Part shown: positions 21,303-30,748 of the stretch, one piece after another
How the letters are laid out: every line of letters starts with the position of its first letter
How positions within the stretch are numbered: position 1 is the first letter of the stretch
Assembly: GCF_017792385.1 (NCBI RefSeq)
Contig: NZ_CP051230.1
Span: 710,827 to 774,826, forward strand
DNA from: Hyphomonas sp.
GTDB lineage: Bacteria > Pseudomonadota > Alphaproteobacteria > Caulobacterales > Hyphomonadaceae
Direction of reading: 5' to 3'
DNA length: 64,000 nt
The notes under the pieces: model-generated
Database searches by the model: none
What the model was told of the DNA's origin: nothing
What the model saw: only the letters and a program-made list of their open reading frames with translations
Translations under genes and position numbers: made by a program

Positions 21303-21339
21303 ATTGATAATTTCCATTCCCGTTATAGATGCAGTCTAT
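21303..21339. promoter_or_regulatory. OxyR-binding site between ahpC and oxyR
   Basis: ATTG-N7-CCAT-N7-ATAG-N7-CTAT is the OxyR consensus ATAG-N7-CTAT-N7-ATAG-N7-CTAT with 2 mismatches; it overlaps the oxyR start. Confidence 0.85.
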
Positions 21340-22237
21340 GATTATCCCCACCCTTCGCCAACTGCAGTATCTGGTAGCACTTGGAGAGACCGGATCCTTC
21401 TCCCGGGCCGCCGAGTCATGCTGTGTCACCCAGCCCACCCTGTCGGCCGGAATCAAGGAGCTGGAAGAGCTTCTCGGCGTCAAACTGGCCGAACGCGAAC
21501 CGCGCGGCGCCAAGCTGACACATGCCGGTGAACTCGCCGTGTCACGCGCCAATGCGCTGATCAATGACGCCCATTCGCTCGTCCAGGCGGTGCAGAGCGC
21601 CGGCGCGCTGCTGACCGGCCCGTTCCATCTCGGCGCAATCCCCACCATCGCCCCGTTCGTGCTGCCGGCCACCGTCCGCGCCCTCAGCGAGCAATACCCC
21701 CAGCTCAAACTGTACCTGCACGAGGAAAAAACCCCCCGCCTGATCGACCAGCTGCGCTCGCGCACCCTGGATGCCGCCCTCATCGCCCTGCCCTGGGATG
21801 TGCCCGGCATCGAGATGCTGCCCCTGTTCGACGACGAATTCCTGTTCGCCGCCCCGGCCGCCCATCCGCTGGCGAAGAAGAACGGCCTCGCCCCGGAAGA
21901 CCTGGCCGGCGAAAACCTGCTCCTGCTGGAAGATGGCCACTGCCTGCGTGATCATGCCCTGTCCATCTGCCGGATGAGCACCGGCAAATCCACCGACCAG
22001 GTCGCCGCCACCTCGCTCGGCACGCTGGTCAACATGATTGCCGGCGGCCTCGGCGTGTCGCTCCTGCCCAAGCTGGCCACCGACAATGGCCTCAATATCG
22101 GGCCGGATGTGGCCGTGCGGGAATTCGTCCGGCCCGTTGTCGGCCGACAGATCGGCATCGCCTGGCGCACCGGCAGCCCCCGCGAGGCCGACGCCCGCAA
22201 GATCGGCGAAATCGTCAAGGCCGCCACCCGCCACTAG
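21338..22237 (+). CDS. oxyR: Hydrogen peroxide-inducible activator OxyR (LysR family)
   Basis: PTLRQLQY...TQPTLSAGIKELE HTH; LLEDGHCLRDHALSIC with both redox cysteines; divergent from ahpC. Confidence 0.96.
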   Translation: MIIPTLRQLQYLVALGETGSFSRAAESCCVTQPTLSAGIKELEELLGVKLAEREPRGAKLTHAGELAVSRANALINDAHSLVQAVQSAGALLTGPFHLGAIPTIAPFVLPATVRALSEQYPQLKLYLHEEKTPRLIDQLRSRTLDAALIALPWDVPGIEMLPLFDDEFLFAAPAAHPLAKKNGLAPEDLAGENLLLLEDGHCLRDHALSICRMSTGKSTDQVAATSLGTLVNMIAGGLGVSLLPKLATDNGLNIGPDVAVREFVRPVVGRQIGIAWRTGSPREADARKIGEIVKAATRH

Positions 22238-22269
22238 CCCCTTACCCGCCGGGCCGGTCCGTTTCCGCC

Positions 22270-22310
22270 TTGACGGGACGAATGCGCTTATACATAACGC
22301 GTTATATAAC
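22270..22310 (+). promoter_or_regulatory. Sigma70-like promoter with overlapping palindromic operator
   Basis: TTGACG (22270-22275)-N17-CATAAC; the perfect palindrome ATAACGCGTTAT (22294-22305) overlaps the -10 element directly upstream of the MarR-GNAT gene. Confidence 0.6.
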
Positions 22311-22315
22311 AAATT

Positions 22316-23302
22316 ATGGATATGCCCATGCCCCCGGACATTCTCGCCGATGTCGGCTATCTCGGCCTCGCCAGCCGCCTCAAACGCCTCGCCGACCGGC
22401 TGCAGGCCGAAGCCGTCAGCGTGTTCGATGCGCGCGCCTACCCCATCCAAACGACCCATTTTCCCCTGATCGCCGCGCTGGAGGCGCATGGCCCGCTCAG
22501 CGTGTCCGCCGCCGTCGAGGCCACCGGCGTCAGCCAGCCTGCCATCACCCGCATCCACAATGCGCTGCAGGAGATGGGGCTGACCGCCACCCGGCCGGTT
22601 GAGGGGGACAATCGCCGCAAGGAGATCTGCCTGACCCCTTCTGGCGAAGCCCTTATCGCCGAGATGCGCGCCAGTTTCTGGCCCGCCGTGCGCAAGGCCG
22701 CCGAGCAGCTCTGCCTCTATCCGGATCATGACCTTCTGGCCGAGATACAGCTTGTGGAGTCCCGTCTGGCAGACCAGCCGCTTTCGGCGCGGATCGAACA
22801 GGTGGCCAATCCCGCAGGGCTCGAGATTGTGGAGTTCACCGACGCCCTCGCCCCGCATTTCGACCGCATCTCCCGCGAATGGGTGGAAGAGATGTTCCGG
22901 CTGGAAGCCGAAGACATTGCGATGATCGAGAATCCACGCGCCAGGGTCATCGACAAGGGCGGGACGATCCTCTTCGTGCGCGATCCGGAGCTTGGCATCA
23001 TCGGCACCTGCGCCCTGATGCCGATGGCCGATGGCGGCGTGGAACTTACCAAGATGGGCGTGCTGAAATCGGCCCGCGGCCGCCGGGCCGGCGATTTCCT
23101 GATGCGCCAGATCCTGAAGCGTGCCCGCCAGATGCAGGTGCAGGACCTCTTCCTGCTGACCAATTCCAAATGCGCCGCCGCCATCCGCCTCTATGAGAAA
23201 TACGGGTTCCGGCACGATGATGACAGCATGCGCCGCTACGGCCACCGCTATGAACGCTGCGACGTGACGATGTCGTATGCGATGCCGGCCTCCCCGCAAT
23301 AA
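22316..23302 (+). CDS. MarR-family HTH / GNAT acetyltransferase fusion
   Basis: N-terminal LASRLKRLADRL...GVSQPAITR wHTH; C-terminal ELTKMGV...RGRRAG...AIRLYEKYGF GNAT. Confidence 0.9.
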   Translation: MDMPMPPDILADVGYLGLASRLKRLADRLQAEAVSVFDARAYPIQTTHFPLIAALEAHGPLSVSAAVEATGVSQPAITRIHNALQEMGLTATRPVEGDNRRKEICLTPSGEALIAEMRASFWPAVRKAAEQLCLYPDHDLLAEIQLVESRLADQPLSARIEQVANPAGLEIVEFTDALAPHFDRISREWVEEMFRLEAEDIAMIENPRARVIDKGGTILFVRDPELGIIGTCALMPMADGGVELTKMGVLKSARGRRAGDFLMRQILKRARQMQVQDLFLLTNSKCAAAIRLYEKYGFRHDDDSMRRYGHRYERCDVTMSYAMPASPQ

Positions 23303-23330
23303 AAAAACCCCGCCATCCGGCGGGGTTTTC
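23301..23330. terminator. Bidirectional terminator between MarR-GNAT and tacA
   Basis: AAAACCCCGCC-ATCC-GGCGGGGTTTT between convergent genes. Confidence 0.85.
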
Positions 23331-23368
23331 CTGCCGGTCTTTGCCGGCGTCTCCCTTTCGACCTTGGC

Positions 23369-24826
23369 CTAGCTCGCCTCGCGCTCGTGGCGCACGTCGA
23401 GATCGTATTCGCGGACCTTGCGGTACAGCGTCGAGCGGCCGATCCCCAGCCGGCGCGACACTTCACTCATATGGCCCTCGTAGAAATCAATCGCATACTG
23501 AAGGATATCGCGTTCGATATCGCTCAGCGTACGCAGCTCGCCGGCCTCGTCCTGGATGGCCACCGGGCCGCTGCCTGTCACCTCGGCCGTCTCGGCGGCC
23601 GTCGCCACCGCGGCCAGCGGCGAGGCCGGCAGGCTGGCAACATCCGGCATCTGACCGGAAATCTGCGGAAAATCCTGCGGGCGCAGCTGGTCGCCATCGC
23701 ACAGCACAACGGCGCGGAAGACGGCATTCTCCAGCTGGCGCACATTGCCCGGCCAGTCATAGGCATACAGCATCTTCATCGTGTCGTCGGCCACGCCGGC
23801 CACTTTCGCGCCTTCGCTGGCATTGAACCGGCTGACGAAATGCTCGACCAGGGCCGGAATGTCATCCCGGCGCTCGCGCAGGCTCGGCATGTCGATCGGA
23901 TACACGTTCAGGCGATAGAACAGGTCTTCCCGGAACGTGCCCTCGGTCACTTGTTGCGACAGGTCCCGATTGGTCGCGGAAATGATGCGCACATCCACCT
24001 TGGTCGGACGGCGGGAGCCGACAGCGTCCACCTCCCCTTCCTGCAGGGCCCGGAGCAGTTTGACCTGTGCGTCCAGCGGCAATTCGCCGACTTCGTCCAG
24101 GAACAGCGTGCCGCCATCGGCCTCGACAAACTTGCCGAGCGCCTTCGACACGGCACCGGTGAACGCGCCCTTCTCGTGACCGAACAGGATGGATTCGACC
24201 AGGTTCTCCGGGATCGCGCCGCAATTGACGGTCACGAACGGCTTTCCGGCCCGGCCGGAGGCGCCCTGGATGCAACGCGCGACCACTTCCTTGCCGACGC
24301 CGCTTTCGCCCAGGATCAGAACCGGAATGTCGGAACTCGCGGCCCGTTCGGCCAGACGCACCACCTGGCGCATCGGCGCGGCGCTGGCGATCATGTCGTC
24401 AAAGCTCATGCCGCCTTCCGCCTTGCGGGACAGGCGCTTCACCTCACCCGACAGGGTTTGCAGCTTCAGGGCATTCTGGATCGACACAACCACGCGTTCC
24501 GGATTGGCGGGCTTCACGATGAAATCCACCGCGCCGCGGCGCATGGACTGGACAATCGTGTCGATGCCGCTGGTTGCGGTCAGCATAATCACCGGCAGGT
24601 CTGCGCGTTTCGCGGCCAGCCGCTCCAGCGTGTCCATGCCGGACAGGCCGGGCATGGTCAGGTCAAGCAATACGACATCAATGCCGTCTTTCGGGTCGGA
24701 TGCCAGCGCCAGGCCAGCCTCGCCATCCGGCGCCGTCCGGCAGGCAAAGCCGGCCTTCTCGACCGCCGCCTGCAGCAGGCGGCGCTGCGTCGGATCATCA
24801 TCAATCACCAGAACCGTCTTGGCCAT
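23369..24826 (-). CDS. tacA: Sigma54-dependent response regulator, NtrC family (TacA-like)
   Basis: REC (VLVIDDD, LLDL), AAA+ ([29 protein letters not shown]) and Fis HTH ([11 protein letters not shown]). Orthology to Caulobacter TacA is inferred. Confidence 0.75.
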   Translation of the reverse strand: MAKTVLVIDDDPTQRRLLQAAVEKAGFACRTAPDGEAGLALASDPKDGIDVVLLDLTMPGLSGMDTLERLAAKRADLPVIMLTATSGIDTIVQSMRRGAVDFIVKPANPERVVVSIQNALKLQTLSGEVKRLSRKAEGGMSFDDMIASAAPMRQVVRLAERAASSDIPVLILGESGVGKEVVARCIQGASGRAGKPFVTVNCGAIPENLVESILFGHEKGAFTGAVSKALGKFVEADGGTLFLDEVGELPLDAQVKLLRALQEGEVDAVGSRRPTKVDVRIISATNRDLSQQVTEGTFREDLFYRLNVYPIDMPSLRERRDDIPALVEHFVSRFNASEGAKVAGVADDTMKMLYAYDWPGNVRQLENAVFRAVVLCDGDQLRPQDFPQISGQMPDVASLPASPLAAVATAAETAEVTGSGPVAIQDEAGELRTLSDIERDILQYAIDFYEGHMSEVSRRLGIGRSTLYRKVREYDLDVRHEREAS

Positions 24827-25435
24827 GTCTACCACTACCCTTCCATGCCCCGGGCCGCCCTGACGGGTCGCCCCCTTGAATGCCGCACCTGACACAAACC
24901 GGAACAGGTTCGTGCCGTATCGTTACGCCCCGTTCTGACACATCAGGGTGGAAGTCCCGTTGAAGCGAAGCGTGAAATTTGACGCAAATCCGATCCATTC
25001 CAGCGCCGGTTTTGCGCACCGATCCGGCAATTGCACACAAATGACAGCGGTCATTCCCGGCCCGGACATCACGGATCGCGACAGAATGTGACACGGCCCG
25101 CCCGATCGGCGCCGCGCTGGCCGGGACGTACTGTCCCGCCCCCAGGCGCGCGCGCTCCCTTCGCCCTCCACACCCGGATCTGTTGCATTTGCAACAGGTT
25201 TGGAGCCTGCCAGCCGGGCTTCCTGAGATCCGGGTCCGTTTCGGCAGTCTCCTGTGGCCCGCCCCGGACCGCCCCTCAACTGGCGGCGCACCCATCAATT
25301 CCCGGTGAGAATGCTCGCCATCCCCCCGTATGGGCATCGACAAGCCCCGTAAATATACGTAGTCACCGGGGCTTGGGTCGGGCCCTATGGTGCGATTCCG
25401 GCACAGACAGGCTGCGCGGTCAGGGGACGCAACGC

Positions 25436-25633
25436 ATGCAGGATAATCAGGGGCCGGGCAAACCGCCCGGAACGAAGCGAGTGGAGACTACCGGCGACAT
25501 GTTGCGTGACGCGCTTCGGCAATCCTTCGAAGATTCCCTGAAGGCGCCGCCATCGGCACGTCTTGAAAAACTGATGTCGGAATTGCGCGACAAGGAAAAG
25601 CGCAAGCGCACTGAAACCGGCAAGGCCGACTAG
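25436..25633 (+). CDS. Small NepR-like anti-sigma-domain protein (65 aa)
   Basis: The C-terminal part of track ORF 25031-25633 from ATG 25436 (GGGG RBS) reads MQDNQ...GDMLRDALRQSFEDSLKAPPSARLEKLMSELRDKE, which fits the NepR core LRxx(Y/F)D...P.P.R(F/L)xxLLxxL. Confidence 0.6.
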   Translation: MQDNQGPGKPPGTKRVETTGDMLRDALRQSFEDSLKAPPSARLEKLMSELRDKEKRKRTETGKAD

Positions 25634-25681
25634 ACCCCGCTCCGTCAGGCCCAGGCCGGACGACGGATCCGCACGACAGGT

Positions 25682-26041
25682 CTAGACGACGGACCGGTGG
25701 CCCACGAGATCGTCGAGCACATGGCTGGCCAGCGCGTGGCGGAATTCCACGCCGACCTGGTCTCCCGCGCGCCAGCGGATGGCGCAATCGATCTGGAAAT
25801 TCGGTTCGGCAGGCGAGGTCTGCAGCAACAGGTGAAACGTGTCTGGCAGGAACATCCAGTTGCCCACCGACAGCCGGGCGCCATCGGGCGAAATGTCCTT
25901 CACGCTCACGCTGCGGGCTTCGCTGTAATCCATCAGCACGATCCAGGCCATGCCCCTCACCTTGAGGCGGGGGGACCGGCGCAATTCCTGCGGCGCAAGG
26001 GCCGGGTCGGGACGGAAGGCTGAGAGATCGGTCATGCGCAA
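25682..26041 (-). CDS. Stand-alone PilZ domain protein
   Basis: RRSPR (RxxxR) and DISPDG (DxSxxG) c-di-GMP-binding motifs; start uncertain. Confidence 0.9.
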   Translation of the reverse strand: MRMTDLSAFRPDPALAPQELRRSPRLKVRGMAWIVLMDYSEARSVSVKDISPDGARLSVGNWMFLPDTFHLLLQTSPAEPNFQIDCAIRWRAGDQVGVEFRHALASHVLDDLVGHRSVV

Positions 26042-26110
26042 CCTATGCGCGACACGTCAAAATCGTTCCGTCGCGCCAGGTATTTTTTTGCAAGCCCCCC
26101 CCCTGACGGG

Positions 26111-26548
26111 TCAGGCGAGGTCCAGCGCCCGCAACACGGCACCCTGATCGAAATAGGGCCGTTCGCAGATAATCTTGTCACTGCCGGGCGCAAACTCGAA
26201 CGTGGCCGCCATCCGCACCCGAAAGCGCCGCCCGGTCGGCTCGACAGTCGTGTTGCCCACGCGCAGCGGCCCGGTATGCGTGCCCGTCAGCCAGAACTCG
26301 ACCAGAACCGTATCCGCCGCCTCATCGGCCGCGATCGAGATGATCTCATTGTCCTGGTCCGGAAAGGGCGTGCGCGACAGCTCGAAATACCGCCGCACCG
26401 CCGCCGCCCCGTCAAACACCTGCCCGCCGCCATGCATCTCATAGCGCGGATGCTCAAACGTCGCCAAAACCGCATCCCAATCATGCGTGACTTCCAGCGC
26501 CATATGATGACGGACATTGGCGATACGGGATTGGGATAGGGGGGTCAT
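26111..26548 (-). CDS. SnoaL-like ester cyclase family protein
   Basis: HMALEVTHDWDAVLATF...VEFWLTGTHTG...PTGRRFRV...ERPYFD pattern; start trimmed to MTPL. Confidence 0.85.
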   Translation of the reverse strand: MTPLSQSRIANVRHHMALEVTHDWDAVLATFEHPRYEMHGGGQVFDGAAAVRRYFELSRTPFPDQDNEIISIAADEAADTVLVEFWLTGTHTGPLRVGNTTVEPTGRRFRVRMAATFEFAPGSDKIICERPYFDQGAVLRALDLA

Positions 26549-26549
26549 G

Positions 26550-27299
26550 TCAGGCGGCCTCGAACACTTCGTCTCTATGGTACTCCAAATACTCTGGAAG
26601 CGGATGAAACTTCTCAGGTGCGGTGGCGATCCGTCCTTCAAACAGACCACGAATATCGTTTGGCACCACAAGTTTCGGTGAGCATCTCACCGTCAGATCG
26701 TTGTTGAGGGTGATGAGTCCTTTGTCGAAAGCTCGATCATGCAGTGAGTTGAGACATATTCCATTTCTGGGGTCCAGTCGAAGCTTCTCATTCTTACTCC
26801 AGGGAATGATGTGACTCGCAATCAGAACTTCCGGCAACTCAATCCCTGTCAATGCACAACGGGAGTTGTAGGCCGACAAAACCATGGCGCGAAATGCCGA
26901 CTGGTTCTTGCGGACCCTCACTGTTCGTAAAGTATCCTCACCTTCGCGAAACTCCAAAGGCTCAGAGTCCTCATCCCTCGTGGGCCATTCACCCTCAGAC
27001 ATGAGGATAGATTGTGCCGATTCTAGAAACCTTTCGGGGTCAGCAAAAAATTCGTCCCATATCTCCCGGTCAGCCTTCGAGGCCCCTTGCAGCCCCGTAC
27101 GGTTTAAAGTCTCATCGAGTGAAGCAAAGTTGGCGAGTTTCATCGCCACTGAACTCGGAGTACGACCGAGCCGTTCGGCGAGTTTGATCACGTCGGGGTT
27201 GCCACGATGCATTCTGCCAAATGGCGTGCGTACATACAGCTCCAAGGCGAGCACTTGGTCGCGCCGCTCCCACGGTTTGCGCTCAGCCAAAGTTACCAC
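26550..27299 (-). CDS. HNH endonuclease, putative restriction/defence type
   Basis: CALTG...ASHIIPW...RNGICLNSLHDRAFDKG...YLEYHR HNH_2-type domain plus an N-terminal helical domain (LAERLGRTPSSVAMKLANF). Lower GC than the neighbours; start uncertain (GTG 27299). Confidence 0.88.
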   Translation of the reverse strand: MVTLAERKPWERRDQVLALELYVRTPFGRMHRGNPDVIKLAERLGRTPSSVAMKLANFASLDETLNRTGLQGASKADREIWDEFFADPERFLESAQSILMSEGEWPTRDEDSEPLEFREGEDTLRTVRVRKNQSAFRAMVLSAYNSRCALTGIELPEVLIASHIIPWSKNEKLRLDPRNGICLNSLHDRAFDKGLITLNNDLTVRCSPKLVVPNDIRGLFEGRIATAPEKFHPLPEYLEYHRDEVFEAA

Positions 27300-27595
27300 C
27301 CAACGCTTGGTGCTCCCTGCTGGTCGCATTCATCCAGATCATATTTAAGCCCGATCCGCTCCACCCATTCGGTCGGTAACTCTCCAGATTGCCAATCACG
27401 CATCATCTCGGCGCGGGCAAAGCCTCCCATGACATGGTCAATTCCGAAACGCCGCACGAAAACGCGGTCGGTCTCTTTCAGCCAGTTCGCAAATTCCATG
27501 ATGGCACACTCATCCTCTGCGGAAACGGAACTCAACCTGAATGAGGTTGCACCGTCAACACCCACCACCGCACAAAACAAGAACACCCTAGACAC
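27293..27595 (-). CDS. Hypothetical protein, translationally coupled to the HNH gene
   Basis: 100-aa ORF whose stop overlaps the putative HNH start; the real start may be the internal MEFANW. No family recognised. Confidence 0.5.
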   Translation of the reverse strand: MSRVFLFCAVVGVDGATSFRLSSVSAEDECAIMEFANWLKETDRVFVRRFGIDHVMGGFARAEMMRDWQSGELPTEWVERIGLKYDLDECDQQGAPSVGW

Positions 27596-27624
27596 CTGCG
27601 CTCCCTCGCCCCATATCTCGCGGC

Positions 27625-29823
27625 ATGGCTCCTCCCCCTCCCCCGAAAGGCGTTTCCGAAGCGCCCAGCGTGTTTTCGCTTGATGGGTTCGCGCGCGATG
27701 CTGCGGGCGCCCTGCCCTCTGACAACTGGACGCCCCACCGGCCGGACCGCGACTGGGTCAAGCTGGAAGGCGGCAAGCGGTTCAAGGTGCATTCCGAATA
27801 CGAGCCCGCCGGCGACCAGCGCACCGCCATCCCGGAACTGGTCGAGGGCATCCAGGCCGGCGAGCGCGACCAGGTCCTGCTCGGCGCCACCGGCACGGGC
27901 AAGACCTTCACCATGGCCAAGATCATCGAGGCGACCCAGCGCCCGGCCCTGATCCTGGCGCCCAACAAGACACTCGCCGCGCAACTCTATGGCGAGTTCA
28001 AATCCTTCTTCCCGGAAAACTCGGTCGAGTATTTCGTCTCCTATTACGACTATTACCAGCCCGAGGCCTACGTCCCCCGCTCGGATCTCTATATCGAGAA
28101 GGAATCCTCCATCAACGAGGCCATCGACCGGATGCGCCACTCGGCCACCCGCGCCATCCTGGAGCGCGACGACGTCATCATCGTCGCCTCGGTCTCCTGC
28201 ATCTACGGCATCGGCTCGGTCGAGACCTACACCTCGATGACCTTCAAGCTGGAAGAGGGCCAGCGCATCGACCCGCGCGCCGTGGCCGAACAGCTGGTCG
28301 CCAATCAGTATACGCGCAATGACATGAATTTCGTGCGCGGCACCTTCCGCGTGAAGGGCGATGTCGTCGACATCTACCCCGCCCACTTCGAGGACCGCGC
28401 CTGGAAGCTTTCCTTCTTCGGCGACGAGCTGGAAAGCATCACCGAATTCGACCCGCTCACCGGCCGCACCATGCAGAAGCTGCCGGCGATCAAGATCTAC
28501 GCCAACAGCCATTATGTCACGCCGCGCCCGACGCTCAACCAGGCCATCGAGAAGATCAAGGCGGAGCTGAAGCTGACCATCGACCATTTCGAGAAACACG
28601 GCAAATTGCTGGAGGCCCAGCGCATCCAGCAGCGCACACAATATGATCTCGAAATGCTCGCCGCCACGGGCTCGTGCAATGGCATCGAGAACTATTCCCG
28701 CTACCTCACCGGCCGCAAGCCCGGCGATCCGCCGCCCACCATGTTCGAATATTTGCCGGACAATGCCCTCGTCTTCACCGATGAGAGCCACCAGACCGTG
28801 CCGCAGATCGGCGCCATGTATCGCGGCGACTTCTCGCGCAAGTCGACGCTGGCCGAATATGGCTTCCGCCTGCCCTCCTGCATGGACAACCGCCCCCTCA
28901 AATTCGAGGAATGGGACGCGATGCGCCCGCAGACCGTGCACGTCTCGGCCACCCCCGGCCCGTGGGAGCTCGACCGCACCGGCGGCGTGTTCACCGAACA
29001 GGTCATCCGCCCGACCGGCCTGCTCGACCCGCCGGTCGAGGTCCGCCCCGTCTCGAAGGATGGCGCCAACCAGGTCGATGATGTCATGGCAGAGGTCAAG
29101 GCCGTCGCCGCCAAGGGCTATCGATCGCTCATCACGACCCTGACGAAAAAGATGGCGGAAGACCTGACCGACTTCCTCAATGAGCATGGCGTGAAAGTGC
29201 GCTACATGCATTCCGACATCGACACGATCGAGCGGATCGAGATCATCCGCGATTTGCGCCTCGGCGTGTTCGATGTCCTGGTCGGCATCAACCTCCTGCG
29301 CGAGGGGCTCGACATTCCGGAATGCGGCTTTGTCGGCATTCTCGATGCGGACAAGGAAGGCTTCCTCCGGTCAGAGACGAGCCTGGTGCAGACCATCGGC
29401 CGCGCCGCGCGCAATGCCGAGGCCCGCGTCGTGCTCTATGCCGACAAGGTCACCGGCTCCATGCAACGCGCCATGGACGAGACAGACCGCCGCCGCGCCA
29501 AACAGATCGCCTATAATGAGGAACACGGCATCACGCCGACCACGATCAAGCGCGCCGTCGCCGACATCCTCGGCGACCTCGGCGAAAAATCCGACACCCC
29601 CCGCGCCCGCGGCCGCGGCAAGGACAAGGCAAAGGGCAAGACGCGCGGCGTCGCCGAAACAAAAGCCTTGCCACTTGCGGGCGAAAGCGGCCACAATCTC
29701 AAAGCCGTCCTCGCGGACCTCGAAAAACAAATGCGCGAAGCCGCCGCGAACCTGGAATTCGAGGAGGCTGCAAGGCTGAGGGACGAGGTAAAGCGGCTGA
29801 GGGAAGAAGAGCTGGGGCTTTAG
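27625..29823 (+). CDS. uvrB: Excinuclease ABC subunit B
   Basis: [53 protein letters not shown] and C-terminal UVR domain. Confidence 0.99.
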   Translation: MAPPPPPKGVSEAPSVFSLDGFARDAAGALPSDNWTPHRPDRDWVKLEGGKRFKVHSEYEPAGDQRTAIPELVEGIQAGERDQVLLGATGTGKTFTMAKIIEATQRPALILAPNKTLAAQLYGEFKSFFPENSVEYFVSYYDYYQPEAYVPRSDLYIEKESSINEAIDRMRHSATRAILERDDVIIVASVSCIYGIGSVETYTSMTFKLEEGQRIDPRAVAEQLVANQYTRNDMNFVRGTFRVKGDVVDIYPAHFEDRAWKLSFFGDELESITEFDPLTGRTMQKLPAIKIYANSHYVTPRPTLNQAIEKIKAELKLTIDHFEKHGKLLEAQRIQQRTQYDLEMLAATGSCNGIENYSRYLTGRKPGDPPPTMFEYLPDNALVFTDESHQTVPQIGAMYRGDFSRKSTLAEYGFRLPSCMDNRPLKFEEWDAMRPQTVHVSATPGPWELDRTGGVFTEQVIRPTGLLDPPVEVRPVSKDGANQVDDVMAEVKAVAAKGYRSLITTLTKKMAEDLTDFLNEHGVKVRYMHSDIDTIERIEIIRDLRLGVFDVLVGINLLREGLDIPECGFVGILDADKEGFLRSETSLVQTIGRAARNAEARVVLYADKVTGSMQRAMDETDRRRAKQIAYNEEHGITPTTIKRAVADILGDLGEKSDTPRARGRGKDKAKGKTRGVAETKALPLAGESGHNLKAVLADLEKQMREAAANLEFEEAARLRDEVKRLREEELGL

Positions 29824-30746
29824 GCAGCTTCTAATTGGAGCAAGTGCTCCCCGATTTGCTCGACTGAGGTCATACCACGAATACGAATCTCCTCTTGATC
29901 AGCTTGCTCCTCAAGCGTTTCAAGCGCATCCGCAACATTCCTCATTTGTTTGGCGGAAAATTGAGGGTCATTTTTAGGTGGGATCTGAATAAGCATCTCG
30001 TGATATCTATCCTGCCCCCGATCCCAGTCTGCGTCCCTATTTACTTTTAGTTCCCATAATCTGGATTTTATTCGTCCTGATGAAGCGGAAACACCGTTTG
30101 CTTGCAGCGTTCCAAAATTTGCAACTAGTTTTGAACCTGCAAAATCAATATTCACTTCAGCCCCACGGCGAGCGGAGCGTCGCTTTCTTTCCAACCGAAC
30201 ATCTTCGCTAAAGAATGGCACTAAGCCGACCCGTTTTTCTTTGATATAGTCCTTGATCAAAATCGGCAGTCTATCACCTCCGCCGGTTCTTGGTCTCGCC
30301 TCTTCGACGAGCGTCTCTACTATATCTAGTTCAAATTCTTCTGAATATTCATCAGCATAAAGAGATGACAGGCTGACCATCCACGAGCAGGCAATTTGTT
30401 TCAGACTTTCACCTTCCCCGTTCCGGAGTTCACCAACCTTCACACCAGAAAACGGGACGCTGGGCTCCAGCAGCGCCTCAATTGAGCGCATGGCCAAATC
30501 AGACCGTAAACTCTCTGCAGTCCACTCAATCACCGATATCACAATCTTGGATTGATCTGCATAGAGGCATTTTAGTCGATCCAAGCGGTTAGCAATCTCC
30601 AGATGGAAGCCGTCGCTGGAAACCACAGCCACACCGAACACTAGGCGCTCATACGAGCCCTCAATGGGCTGAATCAAAAGGGGAGCCCACTTCGCATCCA
30701 CCTTAGATCGAAAACTTGGAAACATATCTGAGATCAGAGATGACAT
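29820..30746 (-). CDS. Hypothetical partner of the HipA-like kinase (DUF3037-like N-terminus)
   Basis: [22 protein letters not shown] resembles the DUF3037 N-terminal pattern; low GC; 2 nt downstream of the kinase. Confidence 0.6.
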   Translation of the reverse strand: MSSLISDMFPSFRSKVDAKWAPLLIQPIEGSYERLVFGVAVVSSDGFHLEIANRLDRLKCLYADQSKIVISVIEWTAESLRSDLAMRSIEALLEPSVPFSGVKVGELRNGEGESLKQIACSWMVSLSSLYADEYSEEFELDIVETLVEEARPRTGGGDRLPILIKDYIKEKRVGLVPFFSEDVRLERKRRSARRGAEVNIDFAGSKLVANFGTLQANGVSASSGRIKSRLWELKVNRDADWDRGQDRYHEMLIQIPPKNDPQFSAKQMRNVADALETLEEQADQEEIRIRGMTSVEQIGEHLLQLEAA

Positions 30747-30748
30747 GG

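Noticed and set aside
24901-24924. EcfG promoter (GGAAC..CGTT) driving the nepR-like gene
   Set aside because: The spacer is one base short of consensus and the site lies ~510 nt upstream of the ORF, so it is too weak to call.
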